From: Octopus vulgaris
Lineage: Eukaryota
Length of the DNA stretch: 64,000 nt
Direction: 5' to 3'
NCBI GenBank assembly: GCA_951406725.2
Contig: OX597821.1
Coordinates: 97,960,001-98,024,000, forward strand
Under the pieces are notes generated by a model that saw nothing but the letters and a program-made list of their open reading frames with translations, searched no databases and was not told the DNA's origin. Of the stretch, positions 28,823 through 41,596 are shown one piece after another. Position 1 is the first letter of the stretch, and each line of letters opens with the position of its first letter. A program made the position numbers and the translations under genes.

Positions 28823-29305
28823 TCATCATCATCATCATCATCATTTAGCATCCGCTTTCCATGCTAGCATGAGTTGGACGGTTCAACTGGGGTCTGGGAA
28901 GCCAGAAGGCTGCATCAGGCCAAGTCTGATCTGGCAGTGTTTCTACGGCTGGATGCCCTTCCTAACGCCAACCACTCCGTGAGTGTAGTGGGTGCTTTTT
29001 ACGTGCCACCCGCACAGGTGCCAGACGGGGCTGGCAACGGCCACGATCGGATGGTGCTTTTTATGTGCCACCGGCACGGGGGCCAGGCGAGGCTGGCAAT
29101 GGCCACGAACGGATGGTGCTTTTTACGTGCCACTGGCACGGAGGCCAGTCGGGGCAGCGCTGGCAATGGCCAAGATCGGATGGTTTGCTTACTTGTCACC
29201 GGCACTGGTATCACAGCTGCAATTTCCATTGATGTTGATCGACTTCAATTTTGGTTCTGCTTTCTGATATCTGATTTGGTTTGATTTGATTTTGATTTTG
29301 ATTGG
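28823..29305 (-). mobile_element. RTE LINE 3' UTR fragment
   Basis: (CAT)n, the conserved tail, GGTGCTTTT modules and an (ATTTG)n segment. Confidence 0.9.
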
Positions 29306-29864
29306 ACACTGGAATTGTTCTGGAAGAGAGCGCTTCTATTGTTGAAGAATAAGATAATTTATTATAAGTGTTCAAATGGAGAAGATAATGTTGAATTTTG
29401 AGGGAAGTGGAGAGATGGAGCAAAGAAGATATTGTAATGCTTTATGTGGTGGAGCTGGAATTTGGAGCATTACCACTGATGGCAATGACTCAGTTAACAA
29501 AATGTAATGTCTAGTCAGTGTTAAATGACTACATGGCATATTACACAAGCATTGAAGCCACGTGTACAAGGAGAGAGGGGCTTTTTAAAAGTGAAGGCAA
29601 TTGACAGGGGCTTGTATTGTTGTTGATTTGAAATCAGCCTGCTTACAGCTTCTCGTGGCTGAGAAATTGTGGAAATACCAACTGGCGAAATGTAAAAGCA
29701 AGACATACTGTTTGACTAGGAAGGAGCTTCTATTGAATTCAGTGCTAAAAATCACAATGACAGCCTCCAAGACAATAGTAGGAAAAGTGAACAAAGAAAA
29801 GGACCACTAAATTTTAGATGATATTTTGATAGACAAAACATTGGTGGCAGCAGCAGTGGTCATC

Positions 29865-30082
29865 TGAGACGGTTCCTGAAAAGTTCCTGGCTTCAGGTAA
29901 AAGAAAATACAGGAGGATCAGTTAATTAAGATTTTATTCAACTTATTCTCCTCTCAGTTTCACACACTTATTGCAGTGGTCCTTCAGTTTTATTAAGCCC
30001 TATGAAAGAACTTGGAAGGTTGGGCCTACAGCCAGACCTTTTGTGATACTCTTAAAGCCAAGAACTTTTCAGCACCCCCTCA
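29865..30082. mobile_element. Mariner-derived MITE (~220 bp)
   Basis: TIRs TGAGACGGTTCCTGAAAAGTTCCTGGCTT and AAGCCAAGAACTTTTCAGCACCCCCTCA followed by TA. Confidence 0.8.
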
Positions 30083-30414
30083 TAAATCTTCTGAAAAGTT
30101 TGGAGTTGAACTACAGAACCACTGGAATTGTAGTTATGTGGGCAGCAATACATACAGAAAACAATAGGCAAGAGAGAGGTGCATGCACTGACCTACTATT
30201 CAACAAGTATTTCACCAAGGTTGCACAGAAGGTTGAATCTTGTGTAGTATCATTTAGGACCTGTCAAAGTAGTCTTCCGTCATAACCATCATCATCTTGA
30301 GATCATTTTACATCACCTCATACCAAGTCTTCCTTGGTTTCTCTCTCTATCACTGATACCATTCATTTTGAGTACTCAGCACTTGCTTATGCAGCTGCAT
30401 CCTATACTCATACC

Positions 30415-31603
30415 ATCACAGCAAAATTTGTGCCTCACTTGGTCATGGAAGATCAAAAGCAGTCATGACTGAATGCATGTCACAAACTAAAAGAACAGTT
30501 GGAAGTTGATCCAGACCTCTTTTTGATGGTCATCACTGGTGACGAAACCTGCTGCTACAACCTGGAAATGAAACAGCAATCAAGTCAATGGAAGACTTCA
30601 ATGTCACCACACCCCAAAAAAGCACGTCATGTGAAGTCCAGTGTCAAGACGATTCTGGTTTGCTTCGTAGATGCGAAAGGAATTGTCCTCACAGAATTTG
30701 TTCCACCTGGTCAAACTGTTAACCAGACATTTTACTTGGAAGTTCTGAAGTGCTTGTGAGACACGGTGAGATGAAAATGCCATGACCTGTGGCAAAGTGG
30801 AAAGTGGTGGTTTCATCACAAAAACGTGCCTGCACTTACTACCTTGAGCGTGTGACAGATTTTGACTAAGAATAACATGACCCCAATCTACCCACCCTCT
30901 GTATTAATCTGATCTTGCTCCCTGCAACCTTTTTTTTGTTCCCTTGAATGATAAAAGTCCTAAAAGGAAAACGTTTGGAAGAGGTGAAAATGGGAAAGAG
31001 GTGAAGAAAAAACGATTGCGTCACTTTGCAAGAGTTCCAGGACTGCTTCAAACAGTGGAAAATGCATCTGGACTGAGGCATTGCTTCAAATGGAGAATAT
31101 TTTGAAGGTGATAAAAGTGTAGACATGTAAAGTTAAGTGAATAAAATAATATTCATTTCTACTCTAGGCACAGGGCCCAAAATTTTAGGGGAGGGGGCTA
31201 GTCGATTAAATCGACTCCAATATGCAACCGGTTCTTAATTTATCGACCTCGAAAGGATGAAAGGCAAAGTTGACCTCAGTGGAGTTTGAACTCTGAACAT
31301 AAAAACAGACAAAATACCTATTTCTTTATTACCCACAAGGGGCTAAACACAGAGGGGACAAACAAGGACAGACATAGGTATTAAGTCGATTACATCGTCC
31401 CCAGTGCGTAACTGGCACTTAATTTATCGACCCCGAAAGGATGAAAGGCAAAGTCGACCTCGGCGGAATTTGAACTCAGAACGTAACGGCAGACGAAATA
31501 CCGCAAAGCATTTCACCCGGCGTGCTAACGTTTCTGCCAGCTAGCCGCCTTGTGAATAAAATAATATTGCAAAATTCCAGTTTCATTTGGGTACCCACTT
31601 GTA
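30415..31603 (+). mobile_element. Mariner transposase pseudogene (catalytic half and right TIR), interrupted by a SINE dimer
   Basis: AKFVPHL, VITGDETC, KQQSSQWK, EFVPPGQTVNQTFYLEVL, decayed PDLAPC.FFLFP motif; right end TTTGGGTACCCACTTGTA. Confidence 0.85.
31154..31551 (-). mobile_element. Dimeric family B SINE (one tRNA head, two Nin-like cores)
   Basis: Single 17-bp TSD GTGAATAAAATAATATT at 31137-31153 and 31552-31568 brackets both units. Confidence 0.85.
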
Positions 31604-31702
31604 ATTTTGTTTTAATCTTTTTTGCAAACTTTCATAACCTAGTTCAGCAGTTCGATACCTCAGTGGTTTCCTCTTCCAAGATGGTGGTACTACAGCACTG
31701 TG

Positions 31703-32025
31703 AAGGCGCGTGGCTTAGTAGTTAGGGTAGTAGGCTTGCAATCATAAAGTTGTGAGTTCAATTTTTCAAAGTCACATTGTGTCCTTGAGCAAGACACTTT
31801 ATTTCATGTTGCTCCAATCCACTCAGCTGGCAAAAATGAGTAGTACCTATATTTCAAAGGGCCACCCTTGTCACACTCTATGTCATGCTGAATCTCCTTG
31901 AGAACTATGTTAAGGATACGTGCATCTGTGGAGCGTTCAGCCACTTCCACATTAATTCCACAAGCAGGCTGTTCAGTTGATTGTATCAGCTGGGACCCTC
32001 TTTGTAGTAACCAGCAGAGTGCCCC
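31703..32025 (+). mobile_element. tRNA-derived SINE, family C (V/Meta-SINE-like core)
   Basis: GGCGCGTGGCTTAGTAGTTAG (A box), GAGTTCAATT (B box), TTGTGTCCTTGAGCAAGACACTTTA core. Confidence 0.7.
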
Positions 32026-32039
32026 TTTAACTGCAGCAC

Positions 32040-33515
32040 CTGTCATTGTGTATGACAGCTTTCTGTATCATTTGATTCAATATTCAAGTGTACCCTACTT
32101 TGCCAGATATGTTGAGTACTTCAGTAATTATCCCTGATGACCTAGCTACACTCCCAACTTTCATATTCCTTATTGCTTTTCCTATCATACAGCTGTCAAT
32201 CTGGATGGCTGATTCCTCTATTGGATTAATATAAGATATCCTCCACATTCACTAGTATCACTAGCACCTTACACCAACCTCAACACTACTCTATAAAGTA
32301 GTCAATTTTGCTCAGTGTTATATGTCTCTATCTCCCACCTACTATCATAAATGTCATTTAATATTTCTTTGAATCTATGACCATCAGAGGTTCCTTCAAC
32401 TTGCCAATCTTCGTCCTCCAAATTGACAAAGTTTACAAGTGGTTTTCACACTTTAGGAATGGTTCCTTGTTTCTTGAAGACCTATCTCATTCAGGGTGAC
32501 TGTCGATTTCATGAACAAATGTAACCATCACCAAAATTTGTGAACTGATCTTGCTAAGTGAACTAAACTGGCTAAGTGGTTTCCTGGAGTTCCCGTTGTT
32601 ATATCATTTGTATCACAGGAGTCTTGATCTTTCCTCATTTCACTATACCAAACCCATAGCCATTATGCCATTATATACTCCAGAAAAGCCATCATGGCAT
32701 GTTCAACATGTACATAAAAATCACCAGCTGTGATGAAGCCATTGTCATTTGAACCAAAATAGTTGGCAGGAGGGACTCATTAAAACAATCCTTCTGATCA
32801 TCTACCAATCCTGAAAACAGTGCATATGCTGAAATAACTGTCACAGTCAGTTTGCCTATGACTAGTCTAAGCTTAATAATTCTATCACATACTCTCACTG
32901 TCTCATTTACCTTATCGAATCATGTTTCTGCCAATAGAAACTATTACTCTTTTACTCTTTTACTTGTTTCAGTCATTTGGCTGTGGCCATGCTGGAGTAC
33001 CGCCTTTAGTCGAGCAAATCGTCCCCAGGACTTATTCTTTGTAAGCCCAGTACTTATTCTATCGGTCTCTTTTGCCGAACCGCTAAGTGACGGTGACGTA
33101 AACACACCAGCATCGGTTGTCAAGCAATGCTAGGGGGACAAACACAGACACACAAACATATACACACACACTTATATATATATACATATATACGACAGGC
33201 TTCTTTCAGTTTCCGTCTACCAAATCCACTCACAAGGCATTGGTCGGCCCGGGGCTATAGCAGAAGACACTTGCCCAAGATGCCACGCAGTGGGACTGAA
33301 CCCAGAACCATGTGGTTGGTTAGCAAGTTACTTACCACACAGCCACTCCTGCGCCTATTCAGAAGAACTTATCCATGTTTCTTGCCTTGGAGGAGCTTGG
33401 TTGAGGCACTCCTTTCACTTGACTCTTTCTCACAGCATGAAGCCACTTGTTAACACACACCTACCTCTCATCACACTAAAATTAAGGGTGGTTGCCCTAA
33501 AGTTTTGGGCCTGAT
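32040..33515 (-). mobile_element. Old RTE LINE, APE endonuclease region, interrupted by a SINE
   Basis: ORF 32692-32898 RVCDRIIKLRL...VISAYA...QKDCF, then a GDF.VHV-like motif; N-terminal LGPNFRATTLN near 33480-33515. Confidence 0.7.
32946..33356 (-). mobile_element. SINE family A (CORE-like)
   Basis: Matches the other family A copies. Confidence 0.9.
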
Positions 33516-33910
33516 AGGAAAAATAGGTTAGGGGCTTCCAGCTGTGTTCGGGAAGACTTGTACCAGATATCTATGTCTGAAATAAAAATATGTGTGGTTT
33601 TCTATGTTCTCATTCATGACCAGACGTAATTTCCCCCAACGGCTGCTTTTGCTTTGCTGTTCATTCCACAATTCATTGATGAGCCACAAGAAATAAATAG
33701 GTGTCAGTCGTTGCCACATTTAGAGAACATTTGTGAGAAGGACATAAGGAGATACATGCACAGAAATAGAGTCTATTAGACATGTATGAAATATGTGAGC
33801 ATAACTATTTGTACAAAGCCAAAGTCTGAATTACATAGAATCACACACAGAAGTGAGAGGAAATGTAAGTGACCCATGAGGAAAAATCATACATGTATTC
33901 ACACACATAT

Positions 33911-34137
33911 ATCATCATCATCATTGTTTAACTTCCTTTTACTGTGCTAGCATGGGTTGGACGGTTCGACCGGGGTCTGAGAAGCCAGGAGGCTGCACCA
34001 GGCTCCAGTCTGATCTGGCAATGTTTCTACAGCTGGTTGCCCTTCCTAACGCCAACCACTCCGTGAGTGTAGTGGGTGCTTTTTACATGCCACCGGCACA
34101 GGTGCCAGGGGAGTCTGGCAGCGGTCACGATCGGTTG
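33911..34137 (-). mobile_element. RTE LINE 3' UTR fragment
   Basis: (CAT)n tail and one module. Confidence 0.85.
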
Positions 34138-34279
34138 TAGTTCTGAATGTGGAGTGGGGGCTTAATTATGAGATCAGGTCTTCTGTAACCTTGCATATTG
34201 CCAATCAATACAGTCCTTTTCATTTTCTCCAAGATACAAATTCTTCAGGTCAGCCTTCATCATTTTGTCTCAAGTCTTC

Positions 34280-35630
34280 CTTAGACTAATTCTTCTGGAG
34301 GTTCTACTAAAGTGGAGTGCTCAGTATTTCCTTGTGCAGTTGTCGTCTTCAGTATGGTAACCAGGTTAAGAATGGGTTGTAAAAGTTCAGTATGCATTAC
34401 ATTCCTCTTATACTTAATTTTTCTCTCAGTTTGAACTTGGCATTCATACACACCAATATTGTGCATCTATAGGAACATACTGGTTTCATTACTTTCTTCT
34501 CTTGTATTCAAGACCCACATCTTGTTACCATGCAACATCAAAGTTTTGACACAAGTCCCATAAAATTTACCCATAATACTCTGAAGGGAAAAGACCTTTG
34601 TTCCTAGCAGTAATAGTATTTCCCTGAACTTTTTACAACCCATTTTTAACCTGGTTACCATACTTTTTTCACAACCCTCTCTCCTGCTAATTATGTTACC
34701 TAGGTAACAGAGGCTATCAACTACTTTTAGCAATCAGCCAGGCATTTAAAAGGATCTATTTCCGATGTGTTCATAATACATATTGCTCAGTGAATCTGTT
34801 ACATTTGCTTATTTTTTGTTAGTTTGCCTGTAATTCCACCACACCTCATGTGTTTATAGCTTATATTGGGTATAGCTTATAGAGTTTATACCAACTTCTT
34901 TGCATATCTATTTCTTTACTACCCACAAGGGGCTAAACACAGAGGGGACAAACAAGGACAGGCAAACAGATTAAGTCAATTACATCGACTCCAGTGTGTA
35001 ACTGGTATTTAATTTATCTACTCTGAAAGGATGAAAGGCAAAGTCGACCTTGGTGGAATTTGAACTCAGAATGTAACGGCAGACGAAATACGGCTACGCA
35101 TTTCGCTCGGCATGCTAACGTTTCTGCCAGCTCGCCGCTCACTTCTTTGCATATCAAGCAAGGTTATTACTTTGAAAACCAGGGTCCTAACTTCTTTTCT
35201 ACTTCCTAAAACCATTTTTGCTAGGTTTACCCTAAGACCTCACAATTCTTGGTTTAGCTTTCATGTCTGGACTTTCTCTAATTCTACTATAGATTCAGCT
35301 TTGAAGACTAGATCATCAGTGTATAGGAGTTCTCTTGGACAACCAGTCTTAAACTCCTCTGTGATGGTCTGACTAAATAGAATAGGTCTGAAAACTAAGT
35401 CTTGATACACCTCTACTTTCATGCTAAATTCATTACTGAACTCATTGTTGACTTGCACTTTATTCACAAGAGATTGGTTTACACCTAGTTTCCTTAGTGA
35501 CTACTTTACAGAGTATGGTAACTGGTCAAAGGTCTTTTTCAAGTCAGTGAGTGTCAAATATTTCTCTCTGGCTGTTGTCTCAGTAAGAAGATTGCATCTG
35601 TGTAAATCTTATTTTATATTGGATCAATTG
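34280..35630 (-). mobile_element. Old RTE LINE RT region (probably continues at ~36890-37200), interrupted by a SINE and a younger RTE
   Basis: FTDLKKTFD, VYQDLVFRPILF, GCPRELLYTDDLV (YADD), VVDSLCYLG, MLHGNKMW. Confidence 0.8.
34909..35140 (-). mobile_element. SINE family B (Nin-like)
   Basis: 15-bp TSD ACTTCTTTGCATATC at 34894-34908 and 35141-35155. Confidence 0.92.
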
Positions 35631-35639
35631 TATTTACAT

Positions 35640-36891
35640 CTATATAAGATGTACCCAGTGTAAGCTATGGACGCATAAGAGGGGCAGCAACATCAAAGAA
35701 AAATTAACCAAGAAGACAGCTTTCATGTGTGGCAGAGGCACAGGGGCAATAGACACCACAGATACTCAGAAAACAAATTCCATCACACTCCAGGGGAAGA
35801 AACTAGAAGTAATTGATAGTTTCCACTACCTAGGTGACCGAGTTAGTAGTGAAGGTGGATGCTCAGAGAGTGGCACCACTAGAATACGAATAGCCTGGGC
35901 AAAGTTTAGAAAACTTCTACCCCTACTGGTGACAAAGGGTCTCTCACTCAGAGTGAAAGGTAGATTGTACGATGCATGTGTGCAAACTGCCATGCTTCAT
36001 AGTAGTGAAACATGGGCTGTGACTGCAGAGGACATGTGTAGGCTTGAAAGAAATGAAGCTAGCATGATCTGCTGGATGTGTAATGTCAGTGTGCACACAC
36101 GACAGAGCGTAAGTGCCCTGAGAGAAATGCTGGACATAAGAAGCATTGGATGTGGCATGCAAGAGAAACGTTTGCGTTGGCATGGTCATGTACTACGGAT
36201 GAATGAGGAAAGATGTGTGAAGAAGTGCCACTCCCAAACAGTTGAAGGAATCTGGGGTAGAGGTAGACCCAGGAAGACATGGGATGAGGTGGTCAAGCAT
36301 GACCTTCGAACGTTGGGTCTCACAGAGGCAATGACAAAAGACCAAGATCTCTGGAGATATGCTGTGACTGCGAAGACCCGACAAATAACATGAGTTCATG
36401 GCTGTTTCCTGCACCAACTTCACATAGAAGCACTAGCCCATCCAATGTACCTTGGATAGCAGAATGGCCTGCTGTGCTTACCTTGGATCATAGGGCAATC
36501 TGCTGTGCTTGAGGAGTCCTGTACATCAACATCAAATAAAAATCAAATGGAAATTGTAGTTGGATACCTGTGCTGGTGGCACGTAAAAAGCACCAACCAA
36601 ATGTGGCCGATGCTACCACCGCCTTGACTGGCTTCTGTGCCAGTGGCATGTAAAAAGCACCAACCAATCATGGCTGTTGCCAGCCTTCCCTGGCACCTGT
36701 GCTGGTGGCATGTAAAAAGCACCCACAACACTCACAGAGTGGTTGGCATTAGGAAGGGCATCCAGCTCTAGAAACACTGCCAGATCAGACTGGAGCCTGG
36801 TGCAGCCTCCTGGCTTCCCAGACCCCAGTCGAACCATCCAACCCATGCTTGCATGGAAAATAGACGTTAAACAATGATGATGATGATGATG
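35640..36891 (+). mobile_element. 5'-truncated RTE LINE
   Basis: ORF 35725-36393 is the RT C-terminus; three UTR modules; (GAT)n tail. Confidence 0.93.
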
Positions 36892-38015
36892 TTCTCTACC
36901 TACAGTTAATGATTTCTTTGAGAAGTGGTTAATTGTATTTTCATCTTTTTCTGTCTCCTATTAACCATTTAAATGCGAAACAATAGCATGTTCTTGTTCA
37001 ATGTAACACTTTTCATCTTCATTTACAACCTTTTAACACACTTCTTCATAGATTGTCTTTGTCCAAAGCCTCTCCTCACAGCACCCATATATCTTGTTTT
37101 AATTATATTTTTACCTGTCTTTACCTGACACAGATCTTGTTTACTTTCTTCAGACCCTTTTTTCTATAACCATTGTTAGAAATTACAACTCATCAAATAT
37201 TAGTGTCCCAGACACTAATAACCAACAATTACTACTCCAAGCTGTCAAGTGATTTGCAATATTAATTATGTAAATCATGTAGAAATAGAAATATTAATCT
37301 CTGATTAAAAAATAAAGTCAAAATCAACAGATATACTTTTGAACACACCAAATATGGTTTTTGTTTTTATTATTATTATTAATATTTTTATCATAATTTT
37401 TTTTCCATGAACAAAGTTTGACAAATTCATTAAGAGATTAACGCATAAATGCCAACATGAGAATCTCATATTAATGGTATGAGTATTCACCAACACGACA
37501 GGAATTATAATGTTCAGTGAATAAAATATTATATCATTATTGTGTAGAATTTTCTTTTTCTTTATTTTAAGTTTTAATTGCTTAGCAATTTCTCTGACCC
37601 CATCCACCCCCATCATCAACACCAACATTCACAGGGAAAAAAAGAAAATAAATTAAGGGTACAGAATATTCCATACTCCAGCAAAGACTGGTAGAAAGTT
37701 TGAAGAATTGAATAGATGATACTAGTCTTTCTGAAGCATGTAGAAATTTTTTACTTCATCCTGTGACAGATTATATATTTTGGACTGTGAAATAGTAGAG
37801 AGCTAGTATCAAAATTACCAAATACACCAGAGAGCTCACCCTGATGGGGGTGCGAGTCTCAGTCAGTGCTTGCAGTTACATATTCTTTGGTTTTTGTTTT
37901 TTCTTGTTTTGTTTTTTGTTTTTGTTTTGTAATCTTCTTCAGCTTACTTATTCTCTTTAATCTTTATCCACAGTTACATCATTCGATAAATATATATTTA
38001 TACATATATACATAC

Positions 38016-38062
<47 letters not shown>

Positions 38063-40194
38063 AATATATTCTTCAAACAAATCCTAGCTCGGTAATATAT
38101 AGTTTGTTTTTTGTTGTTTTATTTTATAGATCGTAAAAGGTAGAAATATTTCTTTCTAAACAATCACAGATAACTGTAGATGGTGTCCACTTTGTGAGAA
38201 TGGAATACAAAGAAATGGGTACCAAAAAAATTCAGAAATTCAGATCAAAAGGCAGATTCTAATTGAACACCAAACTCTGAATTTCAAAAGAAGTATGTAC
38301 AAGAAAAAAAAAAAAAAAAAAACTAGTAAACATCTGGTGCCAGGATGGAAAGAATGGTGATGACATATGATATAGATTTATAGGCTTTGAAGAAAACTGA
38401 GAAACTGTGGAGAGAGGTCTGTAGCAATAATCAGCAAATATAGAAGATGTGGGTTTGTCACCTACAAGAGCACTGAGGCAGAGAGTATATTTTACTTTTA
38501 TCCTGTATATTCTCTGTCTACCCATTGCCTACATTTAAATTTAGTATATAATAAAAGAGGTTCTTCGGTCATTAATAAATCATTTTATGAAAACAATGTT
38601 CATCATAATGTTGGTTGTCTCTCTACAACTCACTTTACAAACCATTCCATTAATTACTTTTATTTTATTTTCATAATATAATTCTTTATTTGTAAATCTT
38701 TTTTTCTTTTCTTTGATTACTTTTTCTTCCTTTTTCATTTTACCTACTTACTCCCAAACTGAGCCACTGTTAAAGAGAAAGAAGCCAATGCCAGGAGCTT
38801 TCTATTATAGTCAATCAGCTTAAATGTAACATTGGAATCTCCCTCAACTAAATGTACAAAGTCACTGAAATATGGATCCCATGATACAGTGATGGAGGGA
38901 GAAAGCAAGCAGGATACATATTGGTGAGGCATGCTTCTGTGTAATCACATGACCTGTATCCCCCAACAAACTTGTTGTCTTTGCAAGATGGGAACATATC
39001 AAGTCTTTCGTCTGAAGACAGCATACTCTAACAGTAAGGACAGGAGGGACAAAGCTAAAAATATCTGATCAAATGCTTTATTTCATCAGATGTCTCTATG
39101 AGCTATAAAGTCTGCTCAAACCTAATTAACCATAGTAACCAACAGCAACAATAACTGCATTAAGAAATCTCCAAAAAATATTTAGCTTCCAAATTCATTT
39201 CACATCTCAAAAAAAAAAAAAAAAATTAAAATTAATTTTTTAGTTTCATGTTCAATTAGCAGAATTAACTGTTCAATTAATGAAGTAATTACAGAGAAGT
39301 GTTATAATAAACACACACGAGACACTGGAACTCATTAATCTACAATAAAAATAACTTTCTAGCAGATCATAAGCACAAAATACAATTTAAATGAGTTTTT
39401 ACCTTAACACATGTGTAGGGAGATCAGATTCCTTAAACAACAGAGAAAACAAACACACTAAAATGAAACAGATCTGATCTAGAAAGAACAGTTAGTCTTA
39501 CAACACACACACACACACACATTATGTTATGATGAATATTCTCAATTCAAGTTGACTGTAGAAAGGACATTCGTTTGTAAACTAAACTCGTCTAGATAGT
39601 ACAAAAGCCCTTGTCAACCTGTTTTTATAATTTGTCTAGATAGTACAAAAGTCATGATGGTTTTCTTTTTCTGTTTAGGAGACAAGAAACTGAGAAGTGA
39701 CATTTATGCTTAGGTCATTCAGAAACATCTATGAAATCTAGCTCTAGACCCCACAAAAGATGATCACTTAATGTCTTTTTTCGACCACAATTATGGCTCT
39801 GTTTACTCTGAACTAACAATCTGCTCTCTTCTCCAATCATTCTACCCCAGCACCTACACCTTTCTAGCCCATATTTTCCCTGACTGACACAAATAATAAT
39901 TCCATCAAACCTGTAACTAGTTAGGGAAAGTATGCAAGAGTCATGGGCACTGTCCTTTCAATGCAAGAGCCATGGGCACTGTCCCTTCAATAAACAATTC
40001 TAAAAAGACTAAAACTCACCTACAAAACATTATAAAACATTTACTAATATGCACATATTTTAATTTCCATCCACATTTACTTAAATTTCACAATCTACTA
40101 TGATAATGATCCTCATACACATTGGTCTAATTTAAAAGTATGGACAGACAAGATTTTGACAAAAGAGCTTCATCCACTTGGAGCTTTTAGCTCA

Positions 40195-40500
40195 TCTAGG
40201 AGGAAGCAATTTCCAATCTCCAACCACCACTGCCCTGATGTCAACCCATGCTTCCCCCCACCTAGGAAATGGTTTGGGAGTGAAACCCTGAAGAAAAATC
40301 CGGAGTTGTAGCACCTAAGGTGGTTTGCTGCTGCCTTCAGCTTTGCTCCAGCAGCTCCTCTGAGACTGCTGATGTGCCAACCTGTATCAGCCTTGCCACT
40401 CCTTTCAACCTGGAGAAATGGTGGAGTACCAACTGCTACATGGGTAACAACTGGCTTTGGTTTGAGCCCAGGAGAGAATACTCTAGCTTCACCTCAGCAT
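40195..40500 (+). mobile_element. Possible RTE-type 5' UTR remnant
   Basis: GGGAGTGAAACCCTGAAGAAAAATCCGGAG...CCTAAGG resembles RTE 5' UTRs as I recall them; no coding support. Confidence 0.35.
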
Positions 40501-41139
40501 CCATACAACATAGAACATTAAGTTTCTATTGAGTGAAGTCTACTACTACTACTACTACTACAACTACTACAACTACTACAACTACTACCATTACCACCAC
40601 CAGTTTTTGTAACTTAATGGAGGGGACAGTATCCATGACCTCCCTACCAGACTGATTGGATAATATGTTGGTGTCTTACTTGAATATTTGCTGGAAACAA
40701 TGTGATTAAAAAAGGAAATTACAGAGGACTACAGTTCTGGTGAGGAACATTATTTAGTGCATGACCTGGAAAGTAAGTGAGTCACAGTAGGGTTGATGGG
40801 AACAGGGCCTACAGTTCAACTACTATTGCCCATTAATGATCTAAGTGGATAGTACAAAGCTATCTTCCCAAAACAAAATGAACTAACAAGAGCCTCTAGG
40901 TGGTCGATTGACCTGCTGTTTGTAAACAGCAGCTAAATCTGCCTCAAATTATGACCTACTGTCTTAAGAGACAGAAGAACACAATGTTAATATCCTTAAC
41001 AAGAGTGCATGGTCACAGCCGGAATATCTTTTGTTCATAATTCTAGTTCAGGGTTGATATTAGAGGCTAAACAACAACCATGACAGCAACAATCAGACAA
41101 GAAGCAGTAAAGTATTTTCTAAGAATTCACCTCAAACTG

Positions 41140-41500
41140 ATTATATTATTAGTATTTTACAATATAGAGTTGATATTATTTTAATATTTCACAATATAGT
41201 ACTAATTTTACTCTTAATATTTCACAATGCAGAGCTAATATTACTCTAGTATTTCACAATACAGTAGTGATGTTACTCTAGTACTTTGTAATACTTCAAA
41301 ATATACAAATATTATTCTAATATTTCACATTGTAGTGCTAATAATATTCAAGTATAGTAATCTAGTATTATGCAACAATATAGTACTAATATTACTCAGT
41401 AGATGTTACTCAAGAATTGATTATTTCACAATGATGCAGTGCTAATATGACTCTCATATTGATCTAGAATTTCACAATATAGTACTGTTGTACTTATATT
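41140..41500. repeat. AT-rich ~31-bp degenerate tandem repeat
   Basis: Units like AATATTTCACAATATAGTACTAATATTACTCT. Confidence 0.8.
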
Positions 41501-41596
41501 ACACAACAATGTAGTCTGTTTATAATTCTCAACACAGTTTATTAAATTATTTTTATGTTGGTCGATTCCTTTTCTTACGTACATTCATAATAATAA

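Noticed and set aside
28600-29830. Very old minus-strand CR1/Jockey-like LINE remnant around the RTE tail
   Set aside because: Only faint motif resemblance; cannot be supported without a profile search.
38100-39720. Possible plus-strand exons after acceptor-like TTTTATAG (~38129) and TGTTTAG (~39678)
   Set aside because: No recognisable reading frame or strong donor; unsupported without RNA data.
39590-39990. Short duplications (18 bp at ~39590/39634; 29-bp tandem at 39932-39990)
   Set aside because: Ordinary slippage or repair duplications with no further structure.
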